Shown here: positions 34,800-50,332 of the stretch, in pieces
How positions within the stretch are numbered: position 1 is the stretch's first letter
Layout of the letters: the number at the start of each line of letters is the position of its first letter
NCBI GenBank assembly: GCA_035540555.1
Contig: DATLGJ010000020.1
Span: 58,759-122,758 of the forward strand
From: Candidatus Limnocylindrales bacterium
GTDB lineage: Bacteria > Chloroflexota > Limnocylindria > Limnocylindrales > CSP1-4
DNA: 64,000 nt
Reading direction: 5' to 3'
The notes under the pieces: model-generated
Database searches by the model: none
Seen by the model: the letters and a program-made list of their open reading frames with translations, nothing else
Told to the model about the DNA's origin: nothing
Translations under genes and position numbers: made by a program

Positions 34800-35474
34800 A
34801 TGTACGCAGTCATCGAAACAAGCGGCCGCCAGTACCGCGTCGAGCTGGGCAGCGAGATCGAGCTGGACCAGCTGGATGCCGAGCCGGGCTCGACCATCGA
34901 GCTCGGGCGTGTGCTGCTGGTCGCCGACGGTGACGATGCCCACATCGGCCAGCCGGTCGTCGACGGCGCCCGCGTCACGGGTGAGGTCGTGCGCCACGAT
35001 CGGGGCGACAAGATCGTCGTGTTCAAGTACCGGCCCAAGGCGCGAACGCGCGTCAAGAAGGGCCATCGCGCCGACCTGACCATCGTGCGCATCTCGGACA
35101 TCGTGCTCAACGGGCGCAGCGCGGCCGACCAGGCCGATGCGCAGGCGCGCAGGGAGGCCGAGGCACGCCAGGCGGCCGAGAAGGAGGCTGCGCGGAAAGC
35201 AGCTGCCGACAAGGCGCTCGCCGACAGGCTGGCTGCGGAACACGCCGCCGAGTCAGCGACTGACGAGCCCGAGCAGGCGACCGGCACTGCCAGGTCGCGC
35301 GGCTCGGGGAAGGGGACGGCACGAGCGAACACCGCGGAGAAGGCCGGTAAGTCCTCCAAGGCGAACCAGGCCAAAGGTCAGAGCGAGCCCAAGCGTCGAA
35401 CGACGCGGGCAACGGCCGCATCCGATGAGGCCTCCGAGGCGGATACCGATACCGATAACGAGAAGGACGAGTAA
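34800..35474 (+). CDS. rplU: 50S ribosomal protein L21 with a ~125-aa Ala/Glu/Lys-rich C-terminal extension
   Basis: [14 protein letters not shown]... Core ~100 aa, then a low-complexity tail. GGAG RBS. Confidence 0.9.
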   Translation: MYAVIETSGRQYRVELGSEIELDQLDAEPGSTIELGRVLLVADGDDAHIGQPVVDGARVTGEVVRHDRGDKIVVFKYRPKARTRVKKGHRADLTIVRISDIVLNGRSAADQADAQARREAEARQAAEKEAARKAAADKALADRLAAEHAAESATDEPEQATGTARSRGSGKGTARANTAEKAGKSSKANQAKGQSEPKRRTTRATAASDEASEADTDTDNEKDE

Positions 35475-35479
35475 CCGAA

Positions 35480-35767
35480 ATGGCTCACAAGAAGGCTGGC
35501 TCAAGCTCGAAGAACGGCCGCGACAGCGTTGGCCAGCGCCTCGGTGTCAAGGCTGGCGACGGACAGCTCGTGTCAGCCGGATCGATCATCGTCAGGCAGC
35601 GCGGGATGACCTTCCTGGCCGGCCCGGGCACCGACCTCGGCCGTGACTACACGCTGTTCGCAACCATCGATGGACGGGTGAAGTTCGAGCACCAGCGGCG
35701 CGACAAGAAGCGCGTTCGCGTTGTGGCCGACGAGCCGGTCTCGGCCGGTACGGGTGACGCGGCATGA
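35480..35767 (+). CDS. rpmA: 50S ribosomal protein L27
   Basis: [16 protein letters not shown]. Confidence 0.95.
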   Translation: MAHKKAGSSSKNGRDSVGQRLGVKAGDGQLVSAGSIIVRQRGMTFLAGPGTDLGRDYTLFATIDGRVKFEHQRRDKKRVRVVADEPVSAGTGDAA

Positions 35768-35976
35768 AGGCAGACACTCATCCCGCCTACCACCGTGCGC
35801 AGGTGACCTGCGGGTCGTGCCACACCACGTTTGAGGTTGGCTCGACGCAGACCACCCTGCGCGTGGAAATCTGCTCGAACTGCCATCCCTTCTTCACGGG
35901 CAAGCAGACCATCGTGGACACCGCCGGCCAGGTCGAGCGCTTCCAGCGCCGTCTCGAGCGGTCCGCGCGCGCCTGA
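35764..35976 (+). CDS. rpmE: 50S ribosomal protein L31 (zinc-binding type)
   Basis: CGSCH...CSNCH motifs. Confidence 0.9.
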   Translation: MKADTHPAYHRAQVTCGSCHTTFEVGSTQTTLRVEICSNCHPFFTGKQTIVDTAGQVERFQRRLERSARA

Positions 35977-36025
35977 TACCCATCGCTTGAGCGCCGCCAG
36001 CCCGGCGCGCACGTAGACTCTGCCG

Positions 36026-37042
36026 ATGGCACGCGTCGATTACGGCGGACAGGCACTCCTGGAGGGGGTGCTCATCCGCGGCCGCAATGCGATCGGGGTT
36101 GCCCTGCGTCACCCCGACGGCTCGATCGTCGCCACGGCCGAGTCGCTCAACTCGATCCTCCATCGCAACCGCTTTGCACGCGCGCCGTTCTTCCGCGGGC
36201 TCATCGTCCTCTACGAGATGCTCGTGATCGGCACCCGCTGGCTGATGCGCTCGGGCCAGGTCCAGGCTCGCGCCGCTGGCGAAGAGATGGGCCGCGGCGC
36301 GATCGCACTGACCCTCTTGCTCACGCTGGGCCTGGCGATCGGCCTGTTCGTGCTGCTGCCGCTGCTGATCGCCACCTTCACCACCCGTGCGACGGTGGGC
36401 GCGGACCAGACCCTGATCGAGCACCTGCTCGAGGGCCTCATCCGGGTGGTCGTCTTCGTCGGCTACCTGCTGCTGGTCAGCCAATCGGGCGAGATCCGGC
36501 GGGTGTTCCGCTACCACGGCGCCGAGCACATGACCATTCATGCCTTCGAGCACGGCGACCCGTTGACCGTTCAGAACGTGCGCCGCTATCCGACCGCCCA
36601 CCAGCGCTGCGGCACGGAGTTTCTGGTGGTCTTCATCATCCTGAGCATCCTGCTGTTCAGCATGCTGGCTGGTCAGGACCTGCTGATCAGCATCGTCGGC
36701 CGTCTGGCGCTGCTGCCGGTCATTGCCTCGATCGCCTACGAGATCCTGCGCTTCGGTGCTCGACATCGGCATCGCTGGTGGATCCGCTGGCTGTTCATGC
36801 CGGGCATCTGGCTGCAGGCGATCACTACCAAGCAGCCGGATGACGACATGATCGAGGTGGCCATCGCCTCGATGCGCGAGGCGCTGGCGGCCAACGGGGA
36901 CCCCGCGCCCGAGGGCAGCATCGATCCGGTGCGCCGCCCGATCCCCGAAGCCGAGGAGAGGCCGGCATCCCGGCCGGTCGAGGGCACCGGACTGGAGCCT
37001 GGCAGCGAGCCGTCGGGGTCGGCCGACAGCCTCGCCCAATGA
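36026..37042 (+). CDS. DUF1385-family membrane protein
   Basis: YHGAEHM motif. Conserved neighbour of prfA. Confidence 0.65.
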   Translation: MARVDYGGQALLEGVLIRGRNAIGVALRHPDGSIVATAESLNSILHRNRFARAPFFRGLIVLYEMLVIGTRWLMRSGQVQARAAGEEMGRGAIALTLLLTLGLAIGLFVLLPLLIATFTTRATVGADQTLIEHLLEGLIRVVVFVGYLLLVSQSGEIRRVFRYHGAEHMTIHAFEHGDPLTVQNVRRYPTAHQRCGTEFLVVFIILSILLFSMLAGQDLLISIVGRLALLPVIASIAYEILRFGARHRHRWWIRWLFMPGIWLQAITTKQPDDDMIEVAIASMREALAANGDPAPEGSIDPVRRPIPEAEERPASRPVEGTGLEPGSEPSGSADSLAQ

Positions 37043-38136
37043 CCCTCGAACAGCGGCTCGACGAGGTTGAGCGACGGCTGGACGAGATCGAGCAACAATG
37101 GGCGCAGCCGGACGTGCTGGCCGACCAGGACGCCGCGCGCAGGCTCGGCCAGGAGCACGCGCAGCTGAGCCCGATAGTCGACGAGTACCGCGCACTGCGG
37201 AGGACGCGAGAAGAGCTCGCCAGCGTCCGCCAGTCGCGCGAGACCGAGGCCGATCCCGAGCTGCGCCGCATGGCCCAGGAGCTGCTCGAGGAAGCCGAGC
37301 GCGAGGAGGAGGAACGACTCCGCCGGTTGCGCCTGCTGCTGCTGCCGCAGGACCCGAACGACGAGCGCAACGTCATCGTGGAGATCCGCGCCGGCACCGG
37401 CGGTGAGGAGGCCGCCCTGTTTGCCGCCGAGCTCTTTCGCATGTATACGCGCTACGCCGAGCGTCACCGCTGGCAGACCGAGCTGCTCAGCGCCAGTGAG
37501 ACGGGTATCGGCGGGTTGCGCGAGGTGATCTTCGAGGTTCGCGGGCAGGGCGCCTACAGCCGCTTGAAGTACGAAGGCGGCGTGCATCGCGTGCAGCGCG
37601 TGCCGCAGACCGAATCCAGTGGCCGGATCCATACCTCCACCGCTACGGTGGCGGTGCTGCCCGAGGCGGAGGAGGTCGACGTCCAGATCGACGAGAAGGA
37701 CCTCAAGATCGATGTCTATCGCTCGCAGGGCCCGGGCGGCCAGAGCGTCAACACGACCGACTCTGCCGTCCGGATCACTCACCTGCCGACCGGGCTCGTC
37801 GTCGCGATCCAGGACGAGAAGAGCCAGCACAAGAACAAGGCCAAGGCGATGACCGTACTTCGCTCACGGCTGCTCGAGATGGAGCAGCGCAGGGCGCACG
37901 AAGCTGAGGCCCAGGCGCGTCGCAGCATGGTCGGCTCGGCGGAGCGCTCCGAGAAGATTCGTACGTACAACTTTCCCCAGGATCGCCTGACCGATCACCG
38001 CATCGGCCGAGACCTGCACAACCTGCCGGGGGTTCTCGACGGCGAGCTCGACCGCCTGCTTGACGAGCTGATCGAGATCGACCAGGCCGAGCGACTGGCC
38101 CAGGCAACGGACGAGGCGGGCGGTGCGGCGGCCTGA
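37039..38136 (+). CDS. prfA: Peptide chain release factor 1
   Basis: GGQ motif, RF1-type sequence. Confidence 0.95.
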   Translation: MTLEQRLDEVERRLDEIEQQWAQPDVLADQDAARRLGQEHAQLSPIVDEYRALRRTREELASVRQSRETEADPELRRMAQELLEEAEREEEERLRRLRLLLLPQDPNDERNVIVEIRAGTGGEEAALFAAELFRMYTRYAERHRWQTELLSASETGIGGLREVIFEVRGQGAYSRLKYEGGVHRVQRVPQTESSGRIHTSTATVAVLPEAEEVDVQIDEKDLKIDVYRSQGPGGQSVNTTDSAVRITHLPTGLVVAIQDEKSQHKNKAKAMTVLRSRLLEMEQRRAHEAEAQARRSMVGSAERSEKIRTYNFPQDRLTDHRIGRDLHNLPGVLDGELDRLLDELIEIDQAERLAQATDEAGGAAA

Positions 38137-38145
38137 CCGACAGAG

Positions 38146-39069
38146 GTGAGGGCCGGGGAGAGCAGCGGAACCAGCGCCACCATCGGCGGGCTGCTGACAG
38201 AGGCCACCGGGCGTCTGCGTCAGAGCGGATCCGAAAGCGCCGCGCTCGACGCGCAGCTGCTACTAGGGCACGTTCTGGGGATGGCCCGCGCGGGTGTCCT
38301 GGCCCACACCGAGCTGGTCGTGCCTGCGGCTCAGGCGGCAGCCTTCCGGGCGGCCGTGGAGAGACGCGGCCGTGGTGAGCCTGTCGCCTATATCCGCGGG
38401 ATCAAAGAATTTTTCGGGCTTGCCTTCAGCGTCGATCCGCGTGCGCTCATCCCTCGCCCCGAGACCGAGTCGCTGGTCGAGCTGTGCCTTGAGCGGCTGC
38501 GGGCCCTGCTGACCGGTCGACCCCGACCGGCAGGCAGCGCGCCGCTGCTGGTCTGGGACGTCGGCACGGGCAGCGGTGCCATTGCCGTGAGCCTGGCGGT
38601 GGAGTGCCGGCGACGCGGCTACGCCGCCGATGTCCGTCTCCTGGCGACAGACCTCTCGTCGGATGCCCTCTCGCTGGCCACCGAGAACGCCGTCGGTCAC
38701 GGCGTCGCGGACATGATCACCTTCGGCGTCGCGGACCTGCTGGAGCCGGCGTCGATGCCGGCCGACATTGTCGTGGCCAACCTGCCCTACGTCCCGTCGG
38801 CCGTGGTGCCCAGCCTGTCGGTGGCAGCCAGCTTCGAGCCGACCCTCGCGCTTGACGGTGGCTCGGACGGACTCGATCTGATCCGCCGGCTGCTGGCCAA
38901 TCTGCCATCTGCGCTGGCGGCCGATGGCATGGCGCTGCTCGAGATCGGCGCGGACCAGACGGACGCGCTGAGGGCCGAGGTTCAGCACCGCCTGCCCGGC
39001 TGGCAGATTGCCTTCCACGCCGACCTGGGCGGCCATCCGCGCGTCGCCGAGCTGGCCCGGCCGACATGA
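38146..39069 (+). CDS. prmC: Release factor glutamine N5-methyltransferase PrmC/HemK
   Basis: SAM-MTase with VANLPYVPS (NPPY-type) motif, directly after prfA. Confidence 0.8.
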   Translation: MRAGESSGTSATIGGLLTEATGRLRQSGSESAALDAQLLLGHVLGMARAGVLAHTELVVPAAQAAAFRAAVERRGRGEPVAYIRGIKEFFGLAFSVDPRALIPRPETESLVELCLERLRALLTGRPRPAGSAPLLVWDVGTGSGAIAVSLAVECRRRGYAADVRLLATDLSSDALSLATENAVGHGVADMITFGVADLLEPASMPADIVVANLPYVPSAVVPSLSVAASFEPTLALDGGSDGLDLIRRLLANLPSALAADGMALLEIGADQTDALRAEVQHRLPGWQIAFHADLGGHPRVAELARPT

Positions 39070-39127
39070 TCGGCGCTGGTTCGGTCACAGTCGCCGTCGA
39101 GCCGCTCGCCGCTACACTTGGCCAACC

Positions 39128-40408
39128 ATGAGCGCACCTTCGGCCAGCCAGGCTGCCTGGGCGCCGATCGCCGATGTCGATCCAGAGCTGTGGTCCGCGA
39201 TGCTCGGCGAGGCAGAGCGCCAGCGCTGGAAGATCGAGCTGATCGCGAGCGAGAACTACGCCTTCGCCGCCGTGCTCGAGGCACAGGGCTCGTGGCTCAC
39301 CAACAAGTACGCCGAGGGCCTGCCCGGCCGACGCTACTACGGCGGTTGCGAGTACGTGGACGAGGCGGAGCGGCTGGCCCAGCAGCGGGCGCTTGCCCTC
39401 TTCCCCGGCGCCGAGCACGTCAACGTCCAGCCGCACTCCGGCGCCCAGGCGAACATGGCCGCTTACCTCGCCGTGCTGGAGATCGGCGATCGCATCCTGG
39501 GCATGAACCTGGCCCACGGTGGCCATCTCACCCACGGCTCGCCCGTCAACTTCAGTGGCAGGTGGTTCGATGTCCACGCCTATGGCGTCAGGGAGCAGGA
39601 CGGCCTGATCGACTACGACGCCCTGGCTGAGCAGGCCCGCCAGGTGCGCCCGCGCATGCTCGTGGCGGGCGCCAGCGCGTATCCCCGCATCATTGACTTC
39701 GAGCGGATGGCAGCCATCGCCAGCGAAGTCGGGGCGCTGCTGATGGTCGATATGGCCCACATCGCCGGGCTCGTCGCCGCAGGCCTGCATCCGAGCCCCT
39801 TCCCTCACGCCGACCTGGTCACGACTACCACGCACAAGACGCTGCGCGGACCGCGTGGCGGCATGGTCTTCTGCCGCGCAGACCTGGCCAAGCAGGTCGA
39901 CAAGTCGGTTTTTCCCGGGGTGCAGGGTGGGCCGCTGATGCACGTCATCGCGGGCAAGGCCGTGGGCCTGCTGCTTGCAGCCGCTGAGGAGTTCCGGACC
40001 GACATGCAGCGCACCGTCGGGAACGCGGTCCTCTTGGCCCAGACGCTGGCCGAGCAGGGCGCTCGAGTGGTCTCCGGCGGCACGGACAACCATTTGGCGC
40101 TGGTCGACGTGACCCCGCTCGGCGTCACCGGTCGAGAGGCCGAGAGCCTGCTCGACGGCGTCGGCATCACCGTCAACAAGAACGCAATCCCCTTCGACGC
40201 CAATCCTCCCAACATCGCATCGGGTATCCGCGTCGGGACGCCCGCAACCACCACCCGCGGGTTCGGCACCGAGGAGATGCGAGCTATCGGCCGGCTGATC
40301 GTTGAGGCGATCACGACGCGCGACGACGAGAGCGCCCGGCAACGGCTGGCGGACGAGGTGCGCCAGATGTGCGCGCGCTTCCCGGTCCCGGGCCTGCCGC
40401 AGACTTGA
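39128..40408 (+). CDS. glyA: Serine hydroxymethyltransferase
   Basis: IELIASENY..., PLP-Lys region [14 protein letters not shown]. Start at ATG 39128. Confidence 0.9.
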   Translation: MSAPSASQAAWAPIADVDPELWSAMLGEAERQRWKIELIASENYAFAAVLEAQGSWLTNKYAEGLPGRRYYGGCEYVDEAERLAQQRALALFPGAEHVNVQPHSGAQANMAAYLAVLEIGDRILGMNLAHGGHLTHGSPVNFSGRWFDVHAYGVREQDGLIDYDALAEQARQVRPRMLVAGASAYPRIIDFERMAAIASEVGALLMVDMAHIAGLVAAGLHPSPFPHADLVTTTTHKTLRGPRGGMVFCRADLAKQVDKSVFPGVQGGPLMHVIAGKAVGLLLAAAEEFRTDMQRTVGNAVLLAQTLAEQGARVVSGGTDNHLALVDVTPLGVTGREAESLLDGVGITVNKNAIPFDANPPNIASGIRVGTPATTTRGFGTEEMRAIGRLIVEAITTRDDESARQRLADEVRQMCARFPVPGLPQT

Positions 40409-40446
40409 CCCAGGCCGCCCTCAACGCCGTCACGACGCACCTGCCC

Positions 40447-41652
40447 ATGGTGCTGCTCGCTGCCGGAGCGGCGGCGTTGGCGAGCTTCCTGTTGACGCCG
40501 CTGGCGATCCGCTTCGCGCCGCGCCTTGGCACGATTGACCAGCCGGGTGCGGAACGTCGGATCCACAAGCGACCGATCCCGCGGAGTGGCGGCCTGGCCA
40601 TCGCGCTGGCGATGGTCGGCGTCGGCGCGGCGGGACTGCTTGCGAACCAGATGCTTGGTTTCGCCCCGCCACTTGGTGCCGTCCGGTCACAGCACGTGCT
40701 CGGCCTCTTTGGCGGTGTGGCCGTGGGGGCGATCCTGGGCTACCTCGACGATCGGTATGAGCTGCGCGCGCGCTGGCAGTTCGCAGGCCAGCTGCTGCTC
40801 GCCGGGATCGCCATCTTCAGCGGTGTGCTGATCACCAACATGGTCAATCCGCTGGGCGGCTCGCCGCTGCAGTTCGCCGGTCCGGCAGCGATGGCGGTCA
40901 CGACGCTGTGGATCATCGGGATGATCAACAGCGTCAACTTCATCGACGGCCTGGATGGCCTGTTGACCGGTATAGCCGTGATCGGCGCGATCACGCTGGG
41001 CGCCGTGTCGTTGCTGATCCCGCCGATCCAGCCCGCCGTCGCCATCCTGTGCGCGTTGCTGGCCGGGGCGCTGCTCGGGTTCCTGCCCTACAACTTCCAC
41101 CCGGCCCGCGTGTTCCTGGGCACCGCTGGCGTCTTCGTCATCGGCTACTCGCTGGCGACCCTATCGGTCATCGGGTCGGCGAAGATCGCCGTGGCCCTGC
41201 TCGTTCTGGGCGTCCCGATCATCGACACGTTCTGGATCATCGTCCGCCGGCTGTCAGAGAGACGCTCGCCGTTCTCTCCCGACCGCGGTCACTTCCACCA
41301 TCGGCTGCTTGACCTGGGGCTCTCCCACAGCCGAGCGGTGCTGGTCATCTACGCAATATGCGTGGTCCTGGCCGTGCTCAGCCTGACGCTATCCGGCCGT
41401 GGCCAGATATCGGCCTTCGTGATCATCGTGGTGGTCGGAGGCGTGGCGCTCTATCTGCTCACCCGACGCGCGCAGGGCGCGCTGGATCGGAGCAGCTATC
41501 CCGAGGAGTCCGAGCCGGGCACCCTGGCAGAGCTTCGCGATGCGGTCATGGAGCCGGCCGAGGAGCGGTCCGAAGACCGCCCGGACGAGCCGCCCGAAAG
41601 TCCCCACCAGCGGACCTCAGTCGGGGTAGCCGGTGAACGGGGCAAGACATGA
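40447..41652 (+). CDS. Glycosyltransferase family 4 polyprenyl-phosphate sugar-1-phosphate transferase (WecA/TagO/MraY family)
   Basis: LGYLDDRYEL, NSVNFIDGLDGL motifs, about 10 TM segments. Confidence 0.75.
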   Translation: MVLLAAGAAALASFLLTPLAIRFAPRLGTIDQPGAERRIHKRPIPRSGGLAIALAMVGVGAAGLLANQMLGFAPPLGAVRSQHVLGLFGGVAVGAILGYLDDRYELRARWQFAGQLLLAGIAIFSGVLITNMVNPLGGSPLQFAGPAAMAVTTLWIIGMINSVNFIDGLDGLLTGIAVIGAITLGAVSLLIPPIQPAVAILCALLAGALLGFLPYNFHPARVFLGTAGVFVIGYSLATLSVIGSAKIAVALLVLGVPIIDTFWIIVRRLSERRSPFSPDRGHFHHRLLDLGLSHSRAVLVIYAICVVLAVLSLTLSGRGQISAFVIIVVVGGVALYLLTRRAQGALDRSSYPEESEPGTLAELRDAVMEPAEERSEDRPDEPPESPHQRTSVGVAGERGKT

Positions 41653-41689
41653 GTGGCTGCTATACTCGGGCCGCGTTGCCGGGAGGCCG

Positions 41690-41911
41690 ATGAACGAGCT
41701 GGGGCGGCTGGGAGCCTACCTGGCCCTCTTCTCGGAGATCGCGATCACCTTGCTGGTCGCGACGCTTATCGGGGTTCTGCTCGGATACTGGCTGGACCAG
41801 TCCCTGGGAACGCTGCCCATCTTCGTGGTGGTGGGTTTGCTCCTCGGTTTCGGGGGTGGCGGTTACGGCGTATACCTGCTGATCACCCGCTTCCTGGCCC
41901 GGTTCGAGTAG
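41690..41911 (+). CDS. AtpZ/AtpI-like small membrane protein preceding the ATP synthase operon
   Basis: Two TM helices with GxxLD motif (GVLLGYWLDQ), directly upstream of atpB. Confidence 0.5.
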   Translation: MNELGRLGAYLALFSEIAITLLVATLIGVLLGYWLDQSLGTLPIFVVVGLLLGFGGGGYGVYLLITRFLARFE

Positions 41912-42001
41912 AGACGACCTGACAAAGACGGCCCCAGCCAAATTGAGCCCAGAACAGACCGTTCAGCGCGCGGCCGAGCCGCTGCGCCGATTGGGGAGAG
42001 C

Positions 42002-43096
42002 GTGAGCGAAGAAACGCCCGACAAGCGGATGAAGGAGGCGCTCGGCCCGGAGCTCGGCAGCGACGCGGTCGAGGCCACCGGCCAGGTCGTCTTCGGCTTC
42101 CCGCGCAACCGCTTCATGCTGCTGGTGGCCGCCATAGTGGCGATCGTCGCGATGCAGCTGGCGGCGCTGTTCATCGTGCCGCCCTACGCCTGCGAGCCCG
42201 GCGTCGTACCGTGCGAGCCGGCCGCGGATCCCAACCAGGGATTCGCCTTCCCGCGAGATGCCATCCTGGCCAACTTCGAGATGCCCGCCCCGCATGTCGT
42301 CTTCGGCGAGGCGCCCTCGGCGGACATCCTGACCTTCCAGCTCAGCGTGCCAGCGTCGATCTTCACCGGTTGGATCGTGATGTTGGTGATCATCGTGCTT
42401 GCGATCCTGCTGGCGCGCCGAATCGAGATCGTTCCGGGCGGACGGCAGAACGTTCTCGAGTACGTGTACGAGGGACTGGCTAACCTTGCCACCTCGCTCG
42501 GTGGGCCGGCCGCGCGGCGCTATGTGCCCGTCTTCCTGGCCTTCTTCATCTTCATCGTGATGAGCAACTGGAGCGGCCTGCTGCCCTTCGTCGGGCGGAC
42601 CTACGAGCTGCGGGCACCGACGTCGGACGTCAACGTCACCATCGGCTTGGCGCTCGTCGCCTTCACGATGTTCCACGTCGAGGGCGTCCGTCGCCTGGGC
42701 TTCGGCGGCTACTTTGGCAAGTTCTTCAACTTCGGCGCCTTCAGGCAGGGGATCGGCGCCGGCATCATCGGCCTCTTCGTTGGCCTGCTCGAGTTCCTGC
42801 TCGAGTTCGTCAAGCCGGTCACCCTGTCGATGCGTCTCTTCGGCAACATCTACGCCGGCGAGATCGCTCTCGGCGTGATCAGCGCGCTGACCATCTTCCT
42901 GATCCCGGTGGCCATGTTCGGCCTCGAGGTGCTGCTCAACTTCATGCAGGCGCTCATCTTCTCGGCGCTGGCGCTGATGTTCACCCTTGCCGCGATCGAG
43001 CCGCATCACGAGGAGCACCACGACGACGCCGAGCATCCACCGATGCCCGAAGGCAACATCCAACCCGCCCCCAACGGCCAGGCGGCTCACGCCTGA
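42002..43096 (+). CDS. atpB: F0F1 ATP synthase subunit a. Possible ~93-aa N-terminal extension; alternative start ATG 42281.
   Basis: RLFGNIYAGEI motif. The core ~270 aa begin near MPAPHVV. Confidence 0.85.
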   Translation: MSEETPDKRMKEALGPELGSDAVEATGQVVFGFPRNRFMLLVAAIVAIVAMQLAALFIVPPYACEPGVVPCEPAADPNQGFAFPRDAILANFEMPAPHVVFGEAPSADILTFQLSVPASIFTGWIVMLVIIVLAILLARRIEIVPGGRQNVLEYVYEGLANLATSLGGPAARRYVPVFLAFFIFIVMSNWSGLLPFVGRTYELRAPTSDVNVTIGLALVAFTMFHVEGVRRLGFGGYFGKFFNFGAFRQGIGAGIIGLFVGLLEFLLEFVKPVTLSMRLFGNIYAGEIALGVISALTIFLIPVAMFGLEVLLNFMQALIFSALALMFTLAAIEPHHEEHHDDAEHPPMPEGNIQPAPNGQAAHA

Positions 43097-43158
43097 GCCG
43101 CTGTCAACCAAGGTCCAAGCACCGGGCGCAGCCCGGACAACAGGAGGAACAGGCAAAC

Positions 43159-43371
43159 ATGGAAATCCTCGGAGCAGGCCTCGCTGCGCTCGGCGTCACC
43201 GGGCCGGCCCTCGCTGTCGGCATCCTGACCGGCATGTCGAGCTCGGCCATCTCGCGCAACCCGGACGCGGCCGGCCAGATCCGCGCGACGTTCATCATCG
43301 GGGCAGCCTTCGCAGAAGGCCTGGGCGTGCTCGCGGTGGTCGTCGGCATCCTGATCATCTTCCTGGCCTAG
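43159..43371 (+). CDS. atpE: ATP synthase subunit c
   Basis: Two-helix proteolipid. Confidence 0.9.
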   Translation: MEILGAGLAALGVTGPALAVGILTGMSSSAISRNPDAAGQIRATFIIGAAFAEGLGVLAVVVGILIIFLA

Positions 43372-43401
43372 GCAGCCGCAGTCGCCGGGAGGTAGTCCAG
43401 C

Positions 43402-43995
43402 GTGGAGCAGCTGTTGGCCGTGATGGTGCCCGCCGGCGAGGCGGTGACCACCGCCCTCGACGCCGAGGCCGGCTTCCAGATCAACCTGTTCTGGGTCGTC
43501 ACGCAGGCGGCCACGTTCCTGCTGTTCCTTGCCATCCTGTGGCTGGTTGCCTTCCGGCGCATCGGCGGAGTGCTCGAAGAGCGCCGCGCGCGCATCGAGC
43601 AGGGCCTGCGCGACGCGGACGAGGCGCGCCAGGACCGGGAAAGAGCCGCGATGGAGCGGGCGGCCGCGCTTACCGCCGCGCGCCAGGAGTCCAACGAGAT
43701 CCTGGCCCGTTCCCAGCGCCTGGCCGAGGAGACGCGCGAGCGCGACCTGGCCGAGACTCGTGCGGAGCTCGAGCGGCTGCGCGAGCGCGCGATGGCCGAC
43801 ATCGAGAACGAACGCCAGCGGGCAATGGCGGACGTGCGAGCTCAGGTAGCCGACCTGGCCTTGCTTGCCGCCGGCCGCGTTGTCGGTGAGACGATGAGCG
43901 ACGAGCGCCAGCGCCGGATGGTCGACGAGTTCCTGCGCGAGGTTGCCGCCGAGCGCAGCGCAGGCCGCGGTCGTCCGGCCGGAGCAGGTGGCTGA
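43402..43995 (+). CDS. atpF: ATP synthase subunit b
   Basis: N-terminal TM plus long charged helix. Confidence 0.85.
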   Translation: MEQLLAVMVPAGEAVTTALDAEAGFQINLFWVVTQAATFLLFLAILWLVAFRRIGGVLEERRARIEQGLRDADEARQDRERAAMERAAALTAARQESNEILARSQRLAEETRERDLAETRAELERLRERAMADIENERQRAMADVRAQVADLALLAAGRVVGETMSDERQRRMVDEFLREVAAERSAGRGRPAGAGG

Positions 43996-44537
43996 TGGCA
44001 CGTCCCTCCAGCTCAGCCCGACGTTACGCTGAGGCAGCCTTCGAGATTGCCGAGCGTGACGGCACAACCGAGCAGTGGCTCGACCAGCTGACCCGGCTTG
44101 GCCAGGCGCTGTCCGACGCGCAGCTCGTCAGGCAGCTGGAGGATCCCGCCGCGCCGCTCGAGGCACGCAGCTCGGCCCTCGTCGGCGCGCTCGGCGCGGA
44201 GATCCTGCCGCCAGTACGCAGACTGCTCGAGCTGGTGCTCCGGCGGCGTCGGCTGGAGGACATCCCGCGCATCGCGACCGAGTTCCGCCGCCTGTACAAC
44301 CGGCGCGCCGGTATCGTCCAGGCGACCGCCATCAGTGCGGCTCCCCTTTCAGACACCGACGTCGCGGAGCTGCGCACCCGTCTCGTTGACATCGCCGGCA
44401 GCCAGGTCGACCTCAGCCTCGAGGTCGACCCTTCGCTCATTGGCGGCATCGCCGTTCGCATCGGCGACCGGCTGATCGACGGCAGCGTCCGCGGTCGCCT
44501 GGAGCGACTGCGCAACCGACTCACAGCGACCGCCTGA
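43995..44537 (+). CDS. atpH: ATP synthase subunit delta
   Basis: OSCP/delta family, by position and sequence. Confidence 0.85.
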   Translation: MARPSSSARRYAEAAFEIAERDGTTEQWLDQLTRLGQALSDAQLVRQLEDPAAPLEARSSALVGALGAEILPPVRRLLELVLRRRRLEDIPRIATEFRRLYNRRAGIVQATAISAAPLSDTDVAELRTRLVDIAGSQVDLSLEVDPSLIGGIAVRIGDRLIDGSVRGRLERLRNRLTATA

Positions 44538-44548
44538 CAGGAGATCCC

Positions 44549-46081
<1,533 letters not shown>

Positions 46082-46084
46082 CCG

Positions 46085-48374
<2,290 letters not shown>

Positions 48375-48552
48375 TCGTCCGCCGCGCCGGCGGGTCCTGG
48401 CCTGCGGCCGTGGCCAGCGCCTCGGGCCCGGCGCTAAGCGCCGATGACGGCCCTCGGGCTGGCGCAGCGCCGTGCGGTCACCCGCCGACCGCGAGACCCC
48501 TCTCTCGCCCAATACCAGCCAACTCCTTCTGCGCACGCCGCCGGACCGTCTG

Positions 48553-48981
48553 ATGCCACTTTTGCTCGAGATCGTCACTCCGGAGCGATTGGCCTACAGC
48601 GAGCAGGTCGACAGCGTCGTGTGCCCCGGCATCCAGGGTGAGCTGGGCATCCTGCCGCACCACGCGCCGCTGCTGACCACGCTCGGTGTCGGCGAGTTGC
48701 GCATCAGGCGAGGGGGCGACGAGGAGTACTTCGCCATCGCCGGCGGGTTCCTTCAGGTTCGACCGGACAAGGTGGTGGTCATGGCCGAGACTGCAGACAT
48801 GGCCGCCGAGATCGACCTCGAGAAGGCCGAGGAGGCACGGCGTGAGGCCGAGCGTGCCCTGGCCGAGGGCTTCGACGAACCAGCCGACCTTGCCCGCGCC
48901 CGGGCCTCCCTGCAACGCGCGTTGCTGCGCATCAGGGTCGCCGAGCGTCGCCGACGGGAGGGACCGCGCTCGCGCGGTTAG
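48553..48981 (+). CDS. atpC: ATP synthase subunit epsilon
   Basis: Start at MPLLLEIVTPE. The track ORF has a 27-codon upstream extension. Confidence 0.85.
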   Translation: MPLLLEIVTPERLAYSEQVDSVVCPGIQGELGILPHHAPLLTTLGVGELRIRRGGDEEYFAIAGGFLQVRPDKVVVMAETADMAAEIDLEKAEEARREAERALAEGFDEPADLARARASLQRALLRIRVAERRRREGPRSRG

Positions 48982-48985
48982 GCCT

Positions 48986-50332
48986 TTGGCCGGCGATCGC
49001 CTGTTCCACTGGGAGTACCAGGAGCCACCCGTCGCACCGCAGGCGTTCCGCGTCTCGGGCGGCCAGCCCCTGCGCGGCACCGTCCGGGTGAGCGGCGCCA
49101 AGAACGCGGCGCTGAAGCTGCTGGCCGCGGCCACGCTGACCGGCGAGAGATGCCGCTTCACGAACGTGCCCGAGATCGAGGACGTGAGGGTCATGGTCGA
49201 GGTGCTGCGCGACCTGGGCGTGCTGGTGGATCATCCGTCGCCGGGCACGTACGAGGTCGCAGCGGGTGATGTGGAGTGGCTCTTCGTGCCGCTCGAGGCG
49301 GCGGCCAAGATGCGCGCAAGCTTCATCCTGCTTGGCCCGCTGCTCGGCCGCTTCGGCCGGGCGATCATCAGCAACCCCGGCGGTGACCGCATCGGGCGAC
49401 GCCCGGTCAACCTGCACGTGGAGGCAATGCGCCGGCTCGGCGCCGAGATCGAGTACCGCAACGGCTACTACTTCGCGCGCGCGCCGGGCAGGCTGCGCGG
49501 CGCGGAGCTGACCTTTCCGCAGGTGACCGTGATGGGCACCGAGAATGCGATCCTGGCGGCCACGCTTGCCGACGGTACGACCACCATTCGCCCGGCCGCT
49601 CGGGAGCCGGAGGTCGACGACCTCATCGCCTTCCTGCAGAAGATGGGCGCGGAGGTGGAGCGGGCCGATCCGGACACGGTGGTGGTGAGCGGGCGGCGGC
49701 GGCTGCGCGGGGCCGACCATCGCGTGATCTCGGACCGGATCGAGGCCGGCACGTTCGTCGTCGCGGCCGCCGTGACCGGGGGTGAGGTGACCCTTGAATC
49801 GGCGCCATGTGACAACCTCGGGTCCTTCCTCGAGATCTTGGCCCGGGCCGGCGTCTCCATCGCATGCGGCCATGACAGGATCGAGGTTCGCGGCGCGCCG
49901 CTGGGCAGCGGGGCATACGAGGCGTGTGAGGTCGAGACGGCGCCGTACCCGGGTTTGGCGACGGACCTTCAGCCGCCGACCTCGGTCCTGCTGAGCCAGG
50001 CGCGCGGTACGAGCCGCATCCACGAGACGATCTTCGAAGATCGGCTGGAATGGCTCTCACAGTTGGGCCGGCTGGGCGCCCGGATAGAGCTGGTCGACGA
50101 TCACAACGCGCTGATCCATGGTCCGGCCGATCTGCACGGCGCAGAGGTGTCGATGGGCGACCTCCGCGCCGGAGCCTCCATGATCGTGGCGGCCCTCGCC
50201 GCCCAGGGCGAGAGCGTCATTCACGGTGGCCATCACGTCCGACGGGGGTATGAGAACATCGAGCGCAAGTTCCTCGATCTCGGCGCGCAGATCGAGATCG
50301 TCTCGGACACTCAGTCAGGCAGGCCCGCATGA
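48986..50332 (+). CDS. murA: UDP-N-acetylglucosamine 1-carboxyvinyltransferase
   Basis: [17 protein letters not shown], catalytic region. Start uncertain; TTG 48986 is the first start after atpC. The track ORF start at 48686 overlaps atpC. Confidence 0.8.
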   Translation: MAGDRLFHWEYQEPPVAPQAFRVSGGQPLRGTVRVSGAKNAALKLLAAATLTGERCRFTNVPEIEDVRVMVEVLRDLGVLVDHPSPGTYEVAAGDVEWLFVPLEAAAKMRASFILLGPLLGRFGRAIISNPGGDRIGRRPVNLHVEAMRRLGAEIEYRNGYYFARAPGRLRGAELTFPQVTVMGTENAILAATLADGTTTIRPAAREPEVDDLIAFLQKMGAEVERADPDTVVVSGRRRLRGADHRVISDRIEAGTFVVAAAVTGGEVTLESAPCDNLGSFLEILARAGVSIACGHDRIEVRGAPLGSGAYEACEVETAPYPGLATDLQPPTSVLLSQARGTSRIHETIFEDRLEWLSQLGRLGARIELVDDHNALIHGPADLHGAEVSMGDLRAGASMIVAALAAQGESVIHGGHHVRRGYENIERKFLDLGAQIEIVSDTQSGRPA

